From positions 515,468,001 to 515,532,000 of the forward strand of contig NC_067399.1 of assembly GCF_016432865.1 (NCBI RefSeq): a stretch of 64,000 nucleotides of DNA. The letters run 5' to 3'. Positions 12,077 through 27,165 of this stretch are shown here, one piece after another. Below the pieces are notes generated by a model. It made no database searches, was not told the DNA's origin, and saw only the letters and a program-made list of their open reading frames with translations. The number at the start of each line of letters is the position of its first letter. Position 1 is the stretch's first letter. The position numbers were made by a program, and so were the translations under genes. Origin of the DNA: Antechinus flavipes. Taxonomy: Eukaryota.

Positions 12077-15000
12077 CAACTTCCCAGTCCTCCAATCCTC
12101 CCAAAGTAGCCCATGGTAACTCTTCCATGCTTTACACCTTTTGTTGTTCCATTGTGTTTGACTCTTCTTTGCTTCCAGTAGCAAAGATACTGGAGTGGTT
12201 TGCCAAACTTTTCTAGGTCATTTTAGAAATGAGGAATCTGAGACAAATAGATGTTAAGTGACTTAACCTAGGATCACACAGCTACCAAGTATCTGAGACC
12301 AGATTTGAACTCAAGAACAGGAGTCCTTCTGTCTTCAGATCCAGGTCTTTATCCACAGTGCTACCTAGGTGCCCAACACTGTACCTGTCCTCAGAGCAAA
12401 CTAATTAGTCAGTAGATATACATATATACACACCCCTGTCAGTAGGTTAGAGAAACAAGGGTCAGAGTTCAGAAACCTGGTATGAGTGACCTCTGAACTT
12501 TTCAGGTGAGTTTCTCTGAATCTGTACATCATGTCATCCTCCACATAAATTGGCTTAAAAATATTTTGCTGAATTAATGATTTGTAGCACACATAGGAGG
12601 GATGTGAAGTGACCAGCCCAAGTAAGGTGACATAGTTTATGAGATGTTGGAATCAGAGTTAAAACTGAGACGAGCTTCCGAGGCTTAGAGATGTTGCAAG
12701 GCCATTTAAACTACGGTATGATTCACTATAGGATGTCTGGTTTGTGGTTACTGTGACTCTTCTAAAGATGGATTCTTAGAATTTTTGTAACTGCAAGTGC
12801 TGTCCTTCCTCTGGGAATGTAAATCAATTAATACTGCTTGCTAGAGATTTTGTTATACATTCTAGGGATTTCTTGTGTATTGGGAGTTTTCTTTGCCTCT
12901 CCTTTTTCTATAGAATTTGTTAATATTCATATGTAAAATCTCCTTTCACTCTGTATATATCTTGTATGTACCTATTTATAGCCATATTGTCTCTTCCCTA
13001 TTAGAATGTAAACTCCTTTTACTGTATCTCTAGTGTTTACCACAGTGCCTAGCACTTAATAAATGTTCATTAGTTGATTTATTGCTTATTTTTTGACTAA
13101 GGAATAAAGCTCTAAGTATGTCTATGAAGGATTTTGAGTTCTCATTTGAGAAAACAACTCAAGGCTTTTATCCTGGCAATGGTCAAGTAGACTAAGTAGT
13201 AGAGCTAGAACTCCCTGATACTATTCCTGCTTTTATTAATCATTGACTACTTATTTGTTTACCTATATCATTACTTTTGCTTTTATCAATCATTTACTAC
13301 TCCTTTACCTACATAATTTTTTATTGCTTTCCACTATTTTTTGCTTGCATCGTTTGCTCAAATGGCCCCCATAGCATCTAGGATGATAAATAAGACTTTC
13401 CTATCTTTCCCAAGCAATTACAGTGTTCACAAGATGCCAAGGTATAGATCTGAAATTAAAGATTACCCACCAATTGCCACCATGGAAAAGGATTGTCTCC
13501 AAGAAAGGAGAGGTTCCTCTCCATCCCCTAACACATCATTTGGGAGGCCAGCTTTGGAGCTCCAATCCAATTGGATTGAGTCTCTTTGTTGTTGGTCAGT
13601 CATTTCAAATGTATTTATCTTTGTGACTACATTTGTAGTTTTCCTGGCGCTGGAGTGGTTTGCTATTTCCTTCTCCAGTTCATTTTACCAGTGAGGAAAA
13701 TGAGGCAAATGGGTAAATGACTGGTCCAGGGTCACATAGCTGGTACCTGAGTCAGATATAAAAACTCACCAATAAATCTCTTTGGGACATGTATGCTTCC
13801 ATGTCCTTTTTCTCCTCTAGCCTCTAGTAGGAAAGATAATTTAACATATAATTACTTTTTTGAAGGCATTTGTCAGCAAATGTGGTAGAAGGAATCTGAC
13901 CATTTTAAAACTCCTAGAACCCCAAGAAATAGAGACTACAGTGAGTGATCCTAATTTAGAAGCGGTCTCATTTGGTTGAATTTCTAGTGTCTGGATCACT
14001 CCTTTCTGATGTGTGTCATTTCAAGATTCTCAGCCCCTTCCTGAGGAGTTAGTTAGGAGTTAAATGGGACAAAAACAGAGAAGACTTTTTGAGTCATCCT
14101 TTCCATCTGATTATCCTTAAATCTTCCCTTCATATATGCCAGAGTTGTTTCCTTGTTTTCTAGCTTTTTTCAGAAAGTCAAAAGCTTATGATTTGTGTTC
14201 CTCCACTTCATAGTTGCATTCTTTTTTAGGCCAGCCCAAATGGCATTAACGGATCTTGTGGTCAACCCAAGAGGGACCTATTCTGCCTTGAGGATATTGT
14301 TATAGACAAAGAAATAGGACTAAACTGAGAGTCAGGTTCAGATCCTGCCTCAGAATGACTAATTCTGAGTCATCAGACAAATGACTAGCTGAGTGACTCT
14401 TGAGCAAATCCCATAATTCTTAATTTCCTCAATGGTTTTAAAATGAGGATAATGGCACCTACTTCATAGCCTAATTGGGAAGATCAAATGAGATAATATT
14501 TGCACAATGCTTTGCAAACCTAAAAAAATCTGCATAAATGATGGCTATTATTACTGAAGAAAACTGCAGGGGATGGTATGAGATTGTTCCATTCTGATAA
14601 CTGGGCCTGAATTCCCAGGTTTAGTTTGTTCTCCCTCCTCCCACAGTGACTAACCCCATGGTCATATGAAATATCAAGTAGCAGTTGGACAGCACTGAGG
14701 AGCTGGCTCTCTCTACAGGAAACAGTTTTCATGTACTCTGGGGCTGGTACCATCTGGGTTTCTGTGGGGTTCCTGTCAGCCCGGTTTGTGCCACCTGTCC
14801 CAAAATATAGCTAGGAGATAAGTGTTTTGGGGAGGATAGTAGAGAATGGGAATAAGTAGCAGTTTCTTTACCTATACCATCAGCTTTTCCTGGGTTATAG
14901 AAATTGGGAGAGGGAATTACAGGGCAAAATGGCTGGGAAAGGGAGGTAGGTTAGGCTGAAACTGGAGGGATATACTGACAAAACTGATTTTACACATGCA

Positions 15001-15118
15001 GTCCACTCATTTATTTGTTATGGAGGGTTTGGCACTTGTGCCCATGCAGAGGACTAGGATATCCATATATCCTGTATTTTTAGTATGATGAACGTTTTTG
15101 GGGAAAAGAAAATGCCCT

Positions 15119-15124
15119 TTTATT
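15119..15124 (-). terminator. Candidate CBLN3 polyadenylation signal AATAAA
   Basis: tttatt on + strand about 250 nt past the stop codon; position only. Confidence 0.35.
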
Positions 15125-15374
15125 AGCACTTATCTAAAGGATAAGTTACTCAGACCATATTTACATGTATGATTTGGGGGTATAGAAAATATGGTCATAC
15201 TCCCTGCTTTAGGAATAGTACAGCAGGTGTTGATTGAAAATTGGAAACCCAGGGCTGGTTCAAGTCCCTCCCTGTGAAGAAAGTCCCTTGACATTCCTGA
15301 ATTCCAAGAGAAGGGTGAAATGAAGGGATGGTGGTTGTAGGGAGGATAGTAAGAGGAGAGGATGGCACTTTTTC

Positions 15375-15653
<279 letters not shown>

Positions 15654-16286
15654 TTATCATATAGCCACTCTTTCAATAAGGTCATCCATTATTTCTGAGG
15701 CAGCTGGAGGATCTGGTGGATAGTGCAAATATCAGATACTTACTAAGCTGTGTGACCCTGCGTGAGACACTTAACTTCTGTCTAATTCAGTTTCCTATCC
15801 TGTAAAAGTAGCACTTTGTAGGGTTGGTATAAGTTTAGTACAGTGCCTGGCACATAGTAGGCACTTAATAAATGCTTGTTTCCTTCCTTACCTTCCTTCT
15901 AAATCTTAGCCCTGCTGAAAGAGCAAGGGTTGACTAGACCGTAGGCCCTGTATCTGTGATCTCAGGATTCTGTGAGCCTAAGGCTCACTGTGCCAGGGTT
16001 CTGAATCCCCTGGGCCAGGAGGGCAAAGGATACTCCATCTCTCTGACCTGGCCTACCACTACCACTCGACCTTTAGCAGAGGACTTTTGGATTTTGGCAG
16101 GATCTCCAGCCGCTCATTGGCGAGAGACTGGCTTCCTACCAGAGGTGATTCAGACTACTGTGAAATCCTGAGGCCACTGTCTTAAAATGGGGGCCTGTGA
16201 CCAATCAGAAGGTCAGAACTGGACATCAGAAACATAGCATATGTCAGGGATGAAGCTGCATGTTTCCTGCCTGCCTTCACTTCTCA

Positions 16287-16538
<252 letters not shown>

Positions 16539-16802
16539 TTAGTCATTGGTAGGGAAAGGAAAGGGTGGGGAATGAGGAAAGGAGTGGAAAAATGGGGTAG
16601 GGAGGGACAAGGGAGACTCTAATAAGGATAGTTGGGGGAGAGGGAAGGGGAGAAAGGTGTGGGAAACGGCAAAAGTGGAAGAACTACAGGGCTGGGCTTT
16701 TTTGTTTTTGTTTTTAAGAGAGAAGAGATGAAGTCTGGGAGGGTGGAAGATTGAGGGGAATCAAAATAGAAGTCAACTTTCCTCTCTACTCAGGGGTCAT
16801 CA

Positions 16803-17153
<351 letters not shown>

Positions 17154-18689
17154 TTATCTCTCTTCACTTTCTGTAGCTTTTTTTTCTCCCTCCAGTTTCT
17201 CTCCCTCCTATTGTCTTTTTCTTTCTGCCCTCTTCTGCCTTTTTGTCCTAAGGTTTCCCTTGGTCTTGTACCAAGTGCCCCTCTTGTGTCTTCACCCCAG
17301 TCTCCTTGTCAACTAGTCTTTCTATCTCTTGTTCCACCTGGGACCCACAGGATATGTGTGTCTGCCTTGTCGCTCACTGCCTCTTCTGCTATGGATCCCT
17401 CCCCTTTGGCTGAGTGCACAACAGACAGCCAATGGGCCCCAGGAAGGAATGGAAGGATGAAGAGGAGGGATGGAAGGGATCATAGCCAGGACTCCTGGGA
17501 GAGTCGCCAGAGCCAGGGAGGCAGAGTTAGAATTGAGGAGAGATAGGACTGTATATGGGGTGGGAGTGGGAACTTTTCCCTCTTACATACATAGCTGTTA
17601 ATGCTAATATAATAGTTTTTTTTTCCTTCTCTTCATCATTAACAAATGAGATAACATGCAAAGAACCATGCAAACCTTAGATATATAAACATTAATTATT
17701 AGTATCTTGCTCCCTTAATAAGTCCTTCTTCCTTCTTTCTTCCCTTCCCCCCTTCTCCCTAATATCTTTTTTCTTGTACTGAGAATCATGGAAAGCCATG
17801 GAAAGGGGTAGCCATCTTTTTTCCCATGTGATTAAAACACTAAAAAGGAAAATGAATTGGGACCATAAGACTATATGTTCTAGTCTAGGTTCTGCCACTA
17901 ATGAGCCCCATGACAAAGATTCTCACTCAAACCCTTTTAACGCAACCCTTTTAAACTCTTAAAAATTATTAAGGATCCCCAAAGAACTTTTATTTCTGTG
18001 GACTATATGTATGGATATTACATTAGAAATTAAAGTGTCAGTATTATTATGAAAATAGTTTGGGTTTGTGGTCCTCATTCTTACCACCCTTCCCCATCCC
18101 TACAGGATTTCTGAGATATTTTGGGAATTGCTGCTCTATGACTTTGGGGCTAACAACTTCTGGGGCTTAAAATTAAGAGGACTGAATGAGATAATCTCTA
18201 AGGATCCATTAGCTCTAAAATTCAGTTCAATAGGTAGTAAAATTCCAGGATTCTATAGAGTAAATAATGTTACAAAGGAGGGTCTGCAGAGAGGGGACTT
18301 GTGGAAAAGAGGCAGAAAGAAAGAAGAAAGAGGGATAGTTAGGAAGAAGGCAGGTGAGAAGGAAGAAGGCAGAAGTGAAAGGTGGAAGAAAAGGAAGTGA
18401 ATGAGGGACAAGAAGGAGAGGATACCTTATGTAAGGCCTGAGACTGGCTAGAGAGGAAACGTCTTCCTCCTCTCCCTACCACTCTATCTTCTATCATCCC
18501 CACCCCCCAAATAAATAAATGAAACCTGGGTGGAAACCCCAAGTCCCCAGGGCTGGGTCAGGCCCAGGGTGGAGCTGGATAAACTCCTCCCCTGACCAGG
18601 AAGTAAGGAGGAAAGCAGTTGCGTTCGTGAGAGGGTGAGGAACCTGTGGTCTGGAAGGGTCCAATTGAAGTAAAGCCCTGCTCCCTCTC

Positions 18690-19500
18690 CCCCGTCCACT
18701 TCCAGGAAGGGAGTTCGGCTTCACGGGCTGTAGGACCTAACGATCCCTGGGAATAAATCCTTACGGGAGCCCACTACCAGACTGGTGAGCGTCTTTCCAC
18801 CTTCTCATTTCTCCCCAGGGGAAGGCTGGAGCTAAGAGGGGAGAGCCGGCAGATGAGTACTAGTCACCCAGAGCCTGAGGGTCCCGGGTTGGGCGCCTGG
18901 ATGGGAGAGCCCCACCACGGGCCAGTGAAGACCATTCCTAGACACCTCGTCCGCCGGGGTCAGCTGGCCTGGGGGTGGGGTGTGTGGAGCAGGCTGGGGG
19001 TGGGCTGCACGGAGGGAGGGAGTGCGAACATAGTTCGAGAATCCTTTGGGACTTCAGCTTTTGGGTTATGACGTTGGAACGGGGCAAGGCTGTGGCGGGG
19101 AGCCGGTTCCGACCCTGGTAGCGGAGAGGATCTGGACATGGGGCTGTCCTGTCTGAGCCTCTCTTCCTCCCACCCTTTCAGGCTTGGCTTCGCAACTATG
19201 CTCCCCTCGGGGGTTAATCCTGAGACCACCGACCGCTTCACGGTGGGGGCGGACGCGGAGGGCATGGTGCTTAAACAGCGACCTCAGGTGGAACGCATCT
19301 TCCGAGTACGGCTGAGTGTCCTGGAGAAGGTCTTCGAGAGCAGCCCCCACATCTGGATGCAGCTGGAGGGGCCCCAGGAGAACGTGGTCCGAGCCAAGGT
19401 AGCCCTTCCTCTCTCCCTTTCCCCGCGGCTGCGTGGAGGGGCGGGAGCGAGGAAGGAGGGAGGGAGACGGTCAGTACGAGGGTCCGCCTTCCTACTCTTG
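18690..19500 (+). promoter_or_regulatory. CpG-rich KHNYN 5' region with probable non-coding exon 1 ending at donor ACTG|gtgagc (18784)
   Basis: Local CpG enrichment against a CpG-poor background; strong donor at 18785; acceptor ctttcag at 19181 before the ATG exon. Head-to-head with CBLN3. Confidence 0.6.
19198..19398 (+). CDS. KHNYN: KHNYN first coding exon (MLPSGVNPETTDRFTVG...IWMQLEGPQENVVRAK), KH-like domain
   Basis: ATG 19198; 201 bp; donor AAG|gtag; N4BP1/KHNYN motif HIWxQLEG. Joined CDS of 7 exons is 2391 bp (796 aa). Confidence 0.93.
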
Positions 19501-19924
19501 GAAAAGCTCCTCTTCCTCCAGCTTCCAGGAAGCTTTCCCCAACCCGTACTTCCTTTGCCTCTCCTTCTTCCCTTTCTGGCAACCTCCAGGGCTCCTCACT
19601 CAGGGGATTTCCCGGCTCTCTGTCTTTTCAGTTTTGGTTTCATTTCTTTCAGGCTGCCAGATTTCAACTTTTTCATGCAGACAGAGGCTGGGAGAGGAAG
19701 TTGTGGCAGGGAGGGAGAGCGGAGTCTCCTTATCCTTTCCAAACATGCCCCCCTTCCCTTTCTGCTTCCATTTTCTGGTTTGTTTCCCTTGCCCCCTGTC
19801 TCTCTCGGGGGTAGTCCCCGGGGTGGAAGCCCTGGAGAGGAGAGGAAGGGGGAAGAATAGGTAGAGAGAAGAGAACTCAGAAACTGGAAGAAGAGAACTA
19901 TTCCTTCCCTTTCCATTCCTCCAG

Positions 19925-21303
19925 GAGTACCTGAAAGGCCTTTGCAATCCAGAGGTGTGGGAGGAAGTCAGCTACCCTGCAGCCCTGCACTGTGTCTTCT
20001 TCGGAGCCAGGGGCCTCTTCCTCGACTGCCTGTGTTGGGGTACCTCAGCTCACATGGTGCCCCAAGCCCCTGGCTCCCTGTTACTGGGAGGTCTGATTGA
20101 AGCCTTTGTCATGGCCCAGAGCAGGATGGAAGATCTTGTAGAGCAACTGAGGCAAGATGGTCTCCAGGGGCCACTGTCCAGGAGTTCCAGAGAACAAGTC
20201 ACTCAGGCCTTCAAGGCCCTGGTTAGGAACTATGGGGATGAATACTCCAGGGCTCTCCTGGATTTGCCTGTATCCGTCCAGAAGTGGCTGTTAAACTTGG
20301 CAGAAGAGGCGCGTGCGGGGCGAGGGCTGCCAGAAACTCCCCTGGGGGAAGAGAGGAGTTCAGTTCTCTTTGGAAATGGTGCTTGGGAGGACCCTATCAG
20401 AAAGACTCTGAGCAAGGGCAGAGATGTCAGGGACAGGAGCTTCCCATTGGGCACCAGCTCTGTAGAGCAGGAAGAAGGCAGGGAAGGGGTTTATGCTAGA
20501 GAAGAGTATCTGTCTTCTAATTCTGAAGAGAGAGACTCAGATAGACTATGGTCCATGGGAGAAAAGGACTCCAGGAAGACCAGAGAACTGGCTGGGGAAA
20601 AGGACTGGCCTACACAGAAGCTCTCTGAGCAAAGAAACTCACAGAGAGCAGGGAGTCCCAAGGAGGGATTCCCTAGGCAGAGGAACTGGGAGAGAGATGG
20701 GAATGGGGAGAGGAAAACCTGGGACAGAGAAGGGTACTATGGGCAGAAGGACTGTGGAAAAAGGAGACATGGCAGGGAGGAGGACCAGGACAGAGTACGG
20801 GGTCTGGAAAGAAAGGGCTTGAGGAGAGAGGACATGCCTGATGAGGGGCCTCAAAGAGAAGGGCCCCGGGCCCGAGATCAGTTCCAAAGCCCACACATAG
20901 TCAAGACTGACTTTTTCCTGGGGGCCAACCAGCCTGCAGCTGAATCCTGTGACCATTCTCCTCAGAGAGCAGGGGTTGGCCAGCAGTGGAGAGGCACCCC
21001 AAGACCTCTCCTTCCCCTCAGCAATGGAGAATCCTCACCTCCAGTGGGGCATGATCTTCTACCTGGGACCCAACCCACATGGCATGATTCTTCAAAGACT
21101 GGGGATAGGCAGCCGGTGGAACTTCAGGGGCCAGAGTCTTCAAAGGGCAGCTTAGGTGGCACCACTGGTGGCAACTGCGAGGTGACCAAAACCCAGCGCT
21201 TTCTGGAGGTCCTGAAGACCCCATTTTCCTTGAACCTCACTAATGTGCCTGGTACAGCAGGTCTTCGACATATTATTATCGATGGCAGCAATATAGCTAT
21301 GAT
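19925..21303 (+). CDS. KHNYN: KHNYN large exon: second KH-like domain (EYLKGLCNPE, HCVFFGARG), charged linker, start of NYN domain (LRHIIIDGSNIAM)
   Basis: cag|GAG TAC CTG; 1379 bp open; donor AT|gtgagt; first catalytic Asp in IDGSN. Confidence 0.95.
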
Positions 21304-22256
21304 GTGAGTATCCCTCCGACCTCGAATCTGAAGGCATTGCTTGGGAAGCTCCCTGAGACATGGGGGCTTAAAGAAAATAATCATAGTAATCATCATAATG
21401 GCTAGCATTTATAAAGGACTTTAAGGTTTGATGAGAGCTTTACCCATTCTGTTTTACTAATCCTTACAACCACACTATGAGATATTATTTATTACCCCCA
21501 TTTTATAGTGGAGAAAACTGAGACAGAAGTTAAGTGACTTGTCCAGGCTCATCCAGTTAGAAAGTATCTGAGGTAGGATTCAAACTCAGAACTTCCTGAT
21601 TCTAGGTTCTTGACTCTCTTATATTCCAACAAAACAACCTGGTAGAACAAAATGGTAAATTAAATAGTGAGTATTATTCAGTGCTATTCAGGTAGTCACC
21701 TTGTAAAGTTAGAGCAAATGTTTAGATTTTCAGTGTGAGCACCTATCCCTCAAATATTGGCAAATGCAACAGATAAAGACTTAATTGATTATTCTGTTCA
21801 TTGCATAGACTTAAGAAAGTAACCCAGAAAATGCTAATAATGCGGATTAAATGTAAATGTCTCATGGGTACATGTTTTTCCCCCCAGAGAGCCAGTTGTT
21901 AAGCATCTGTCAGTACACCCCATCATTGTCCTTTTGTAGGTGAAGAAATGGAAATGAAGGCTTAAAGACTGGATATCACTTATCTCCTGTCATGGGGCTA
22001 GTTGGAGAAGAGATCCCAATCCAGCTCTTTGGTTCTAATCCCAGGGGAGAGGCTAATTTGCTGTATGATCTTGGGAAAACCACTCTCTCTGTGACTTGGT
22101 TTCCAGAGTTACTGAGAATTTTATCATATTATCTCTAAAGATAACACCTTTTCTTTAGAGATAAAGAGAGTAGCATTGGTGTTACATAGCTCTAAGGAGG
22201 CTAAGATGCAGCATAGGAAAAGATCCCCGATTTTGGCACAGAGGACCTGGTTTTAA

Positions 22257-22670
<414 letters not shown>

Positions 22671-22721
22671 TAGTTTCACCCCAAGACTATTTACCCACCA
22701 CCTTCCCTATCTGGGGACTAA

Positions 22722-22934
<213 letters not shown>

Positions 22935-23803
22935 TAAGAGTCCGTTCTCAAGCCAAGTTGGGGAAAACTGGGAGCAGTTGTTCTTTCTACCATATCAGTT
23001 AACACAGTCAACAAGCAATTTTTTAAGTGCAGTGTGCCAAAGACTGGGCAAAGAAAGGAAATGACATTGAACTTAACACACAATTATTTCAGTTCTTTTA
23101 CTGTTCCCTGGGGTTAGTCAAGGACCATCAGTTTCTCCAAGGGAGGGTATTTTTTTTCGGGGGGGCGGGGCGGGGGTGCTTTAGGAACTCAGGAAGAATA
23201 GCAAAAAGAAGCTTGGGCTCCTAGCCAAACCTGTGGGCTGCAACTAAGTCTCTAAGGCTCAGTTTTTTTCATTTGAAAAATTAGAGGCTTGGACTAGATA
23301 ACTCCTAAGGTCTTTCTAAGTATAATTAAGTGATGACTCTAGTAAGGACTCCCAGCTTCTGTTCCTTGAGGTCACTTGAATACAGAGATCTCTGTTCCCA
23401 ACTCTGATCTCTGATGACTCTTTACTGGCCAGAAACCTGTTATGACTCTAATTTCATCTGCACATGCGAGGCCGGTGAATAGAAGGGTTCAGCTAGCTGG
23501 AGAGAAGCACATAGTAGTAAGGAAGCTGTGTGGCAGCTAGTTGGCACTGTGGATAGAGTGTAGCGTCAAGAGTCTGGAAGACTCCTCTTCTTGGTGAGTT
23601 CAAGTCTGGCCTCAGAAGTGTGACTCTGGGCCAACCACGTAACCCTATTTGTCTCAATTCCTTATCTTCAACACGACTTGGAGAAGGAAATGACAAACCA
23701 CTCCATTATCACCCATACGGTCCCATTTGCACCTGTATTTGAGCCAAAATCCCCATACCAGACCCTCTATAATGAGTCTTCCAGCCAAAGCTTGGGGATG
23801 CAA

Positions 23804-24316
23804 TGCCAGAGACACTGAGGCAAGATAGAGATGAGAGAGTTTTTAATATTTTATTTGAGAGGGAGAGATTGTGCTGGGGACATGTTGTTCCCAGGGCTGA
23901 TGTCTCAAAAGCATCCAGCGGGGAATGTAAGGTTCCCATGAAATATATATACACGTAGCTCTAAGCTACCGGGGTAGACTGAGGCAGGGGCAGAGTCAGG
24001 GCACTGAGAGCGGGAACGGATCATCAATCCGGTTCTGACAGGATAGGGGGAGGCACCAGACATTCTGATAAGTTGGGATCAAGAAGAACACTGACAGGAT
24101 TGGGGGAGGCACTGGACATTCTGCTAAGTAGGGAAGGTCTGGGATCATGATGTCTGAGATAGAATTTATATTTACAGTTTATAATCTTAGTTTAGCCAGC
24201 CCTAAATTATATCAATTCTAATGATAGGAGGGAAGGGTGGTGTTGCAACCAAGGGGATTGAGGCAGAACAATTAAGGGAAACTGAGGCAGGACAATTAGA
24301 AGGGAACTGTGGCACA
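23804..24316 (-). mobile_element. LTR with internal tandem enhancer-like repeats, in KHNYN intron
   Basis: TG..CA ends; reverse-strand AATAAA and TATA; two ~45-bp near-identical units (~24036-24135); no clear TSD. Confidence 0.5.
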
Positions 24317-24439
24317 ACAGGGAAGACGTAGAGAAGATTGTCTGTTGAGGGAGAACTTATACCTTCCAAGACTTCATTGCACTTTCAAAAGGCTCTGTTA
24401 TTAGAAAAACTGTTGCTGTTGTGTTGTTAGGCCACCAGC

Positions 24440-24830
24440 ACTAGGCCTAATTATTCTCCACTATCTCTGGAAGCTTGTCTCCCGTTCACATTTGTTGCTT
24501 CCATAACATTATTATCCATCTCGTCCTCTACTGTCCCCTTCTCCTTTTGCCTTCGATCTTTCCCATCATCAAGGTCTTTCCCAGTGAGTTTGACCTTTTC
24601 ATTATGTGGCCAAAATATTAAAGTTTTAATTTCATTACGAATACCCCAAATTAATTTGTTTAGGTATTGACTGATTTGACCTCCTTGCTGTCCCAAGGGA
24701 CTCAAAAGACTTCTTTAGCACCATAATTCCAGGGCACTCAAATTTCCTTGTAGTCCAGCTCTCACAGTCATGCGCTGCTACTGAAAAAGTCAGAGTATTA
24801 TATACGGACCTTTATCACTTCAGTGAGATC
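24440..24830 (-). mobile_element. RTE (BovB-like) LINE 3' fragment
   Basis: Degenerate RTE RT C-terminus (LIFWPHNEKVKLTGKDLDDGKD..) and BovB-like nucleotide motifs such as gtccccttctccttttgcc and ccaagggactc. Confidence 0.7.
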
Positions 24831-25122
24831 TGCTTTTTGGTGGTTGTCCTTATTTGCCATAGAAATCTTTCTTTACATTGAACCTAATTGTTCTAGTTGT
24901 TAGGAAATGGCCCTCTCTTCTATTTAAATCCTTTGTGTCTATATTTGACCATTGTCCTAAACAGAACTGATTTAATCATTCCTTCTGTATTTTGAACCTT
25001 CATAGCTTTCTTATAAGTCTTCTCGGTTCTAACTGTTGCAGTTCCTCTAACCCAGTGCCCTAGTCTAAGGTCCCTTACCATCTTAATCATCTTCTGTTGA
25101 ACACTACAGTGCTTAGGCGCTA

Positions 25123-25156
<34 letters not shown>

Positions 25157-25606
25157 TTACTAAAAGCTAAGGCAATTTAATATTTATCCTGTGCAGCTTT
25201 TATTTATGATTTCTTGAAATGTAGCTGTAGAAAAATAGGCTTTAAAAAAACCCATTGTGGTTCAAATGGAACTACTTGACTAAGCCTTTATATTACCAAA
25301 TCATTTTGATTTCCGTTGATGGCCAGTAATAGCCCCTAGCTCAAGCTTCTGTGGCTCCTTCTTGTTTAAGTTTTAATGGCTTACAATGAATGTAAAATTG
25401 TTTTCTCTTCTCTCTGAAACTGCTGTTGTTGCCCTTCCAGACTGATATTTTTGTGTTGGGAAATTGTTGTTGTGTCGACTTTTTTGGAACTTTTTGGGGT
25501 TTTCTTGGCTAAGATGGCTAGAGTGGTTTGCCTTTTCCTTCTCCAGCCAATTTTAGAGATGAGAAAACTGAAGCAAATAGGGTGAAGTGACTTGTCCAGG
25601 ATCACA

Positions 25607-26010
25607 TTGATGTGGTTTGAGGACCAAAATTATGTGCGTGATCACAACCAAGTGATGGCAAGCACCAAAAGTTGGGCTTCGATCATGTGAATAATTCACA
25701 ACAACCATTCTCTTTGGCAAAAGGTAGCTTTATTTAGGGAATAGACAAAAGGAAGGGATACAGAAGATACTGGGAATGGTAAATTTGAAATGGAGTTGGG
25801 AGAGCATATAAAAGACAAATTCCTCAGAGGAATTTACAATTGCACAGTAGAAAGGAGCATCCCATGGATTTGGGGCAGGTCCTTAATTGGCAGGCGAAAT
25901 CTTGCCAGTTATAACTTGTTCAGAGTTCTAGAGCTAGAATGTGTCAAAAGCTGATCTTGGACCCAGTTTTTCCTGAATCTGAGACCAGTTTTCCACCTAT
26001 TATGCCATAC
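25607..26010 (-). mobile_element. Probable LTR inserted into a CORE-SINE
   Basis: Abrupt break in SINE sequence at gatcacat|tgatg; reverse-strand polyA signal; boundaries approximate. Confidence 0.35.
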
Positions 26011-26254
26011 TAGCTCCATATAAAATATATGCAAAATCAATACAAGATGATTTTGAGGTGGAACACCAGTAGCTGGGAAGATCAGGGAAAAAAGAAACTT
26101 TTGTAAGAAGTAACAATAGAGTTAAACTTTGAATTCTAAGAAGTGCAGGTGAGGAGGGAGTACATAACAGGCAGGGAGACAGTACAAAGGCTGTACAATT
26201 GGAGAACATGAGAAATAGAAAGAAGCCTAGTTGGACTGGACTAAAGAATTATTA

Positions 26255-26489
26255 TTGTTTGTCCTTCTTTCTCTAAGGGAGGTGATGCCATGATAGGCAA
26301 ATGAATTGGATTTCAGTGAGGAAGGGCTGTGCAAGATCACTTGCCTCACCTTCTCCTCCAGAGCCATCTGGGTCCAGTGGACTGGATGTAGAACAAGATG
26401 ACTGGAGATGGCCCTGATTGCAATGGGACCCCTGGGCCTTTTTAAGCTAAGACCTTCAACAATTTTCAGATGGACTGAAGTCACTTTTT

Positions 26490-26523
<34 letters not shown>

Positions 26524-26960
26524 CTGAGGCAATTGGGGTTAAGTGATTTGCCCAGAGTCACACAGCTAGGAAATGTTAAGTGTCTGAGGCCAGATTTGAA
26601 CTCAGGTCCTCCTTACTTCAGGGCTGGTGCTCTATCCACTGAGATACCCAGCTGTCCTGGCCACATTCATTTAATGATTAAGGCTAAGTAGAAATTGAAG
26701 CATAGAATGGCATCTTTCATTTAATAATAATTATAAAAAAAAAAAAGAAACTTAAATAAATAAATCTGGGAGGGGAAGACCTTCAGGGTTGCTGGCCCAA
26801 ACAGATATGATTGCTATTTGCATGCACTCTTAGTCAATCTGGTCCCAAACCGACCACTTGGGGCTTGGCCAATGTTTGTTGGCCAAACTATGACCATCAG
26901 AGTGGTTTTGGCTTAAGGCATGGTCCTTAAGAAAGAAATCTAGCTAGCAAACCTCAGGAT
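26255..26960. mobile_element. Marsupial RTE-related SINE/LINE fragment interrupted by a young CORE-SINE
   Basis: Sequence typical of marsupial RTE-derived repeats (gaattggatt..gggctgtgcaag..gagccatctgggtccagtgg); family name not assigned. Confidence 0.5.
26485..26657 (-). mobile_element. Young short CORE-SINE (WSINE1-like) with long polyA
   Basis: polyT then ggctgaggcaattggggttaagtga..gatttgaactcagg; near-identical to the copy at 42700. Confidence 0.8.
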
Positions 26961-27034
26961 ATCTTGGGAAGGTTTAGAGGTTCAAAAGAAAAAAAAGTTT
27001 TTAAGAGCCTCTGTAGGTAAAGGTATGGTATTCT

Positions 27035-27165
27035 GTGTAGATAGAGGGAGGTAAGGGAAGGAGGAAAAAGAGGGAGAAAGGGAAGTAGGAAAGAGAGCAA
27101 GAAAGGGAAATAGGGAAGGAGAAAGGAAGGGAGCAAGAGAAGAAGGAGAAGGAAGGGAAGAGGTA
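27035..27165 (+). repeat. Purine-rich (GGAA/GA) low-complexity tract
   Basis: Directly visible. Confidence 0.8.

Noticed and set aside
11756-12184. Four ORFs containing long X runs
   Set aside because: Artefacts of the N gap.
18853-18958. Possible upstream coding exon for a longer KHNYN isoform
   Set aside because: The candidate donor is phase 1 but the exon at 19182 needs phase 2; the 18784 exon has an in-frame stop and no ATG.
26560-26660. tRNA-like A/B-box sequence
   Set aside because: Head of a tRNA-derived SINE; I found no genuine tRNA, rRNA or snRNA gene in the window.
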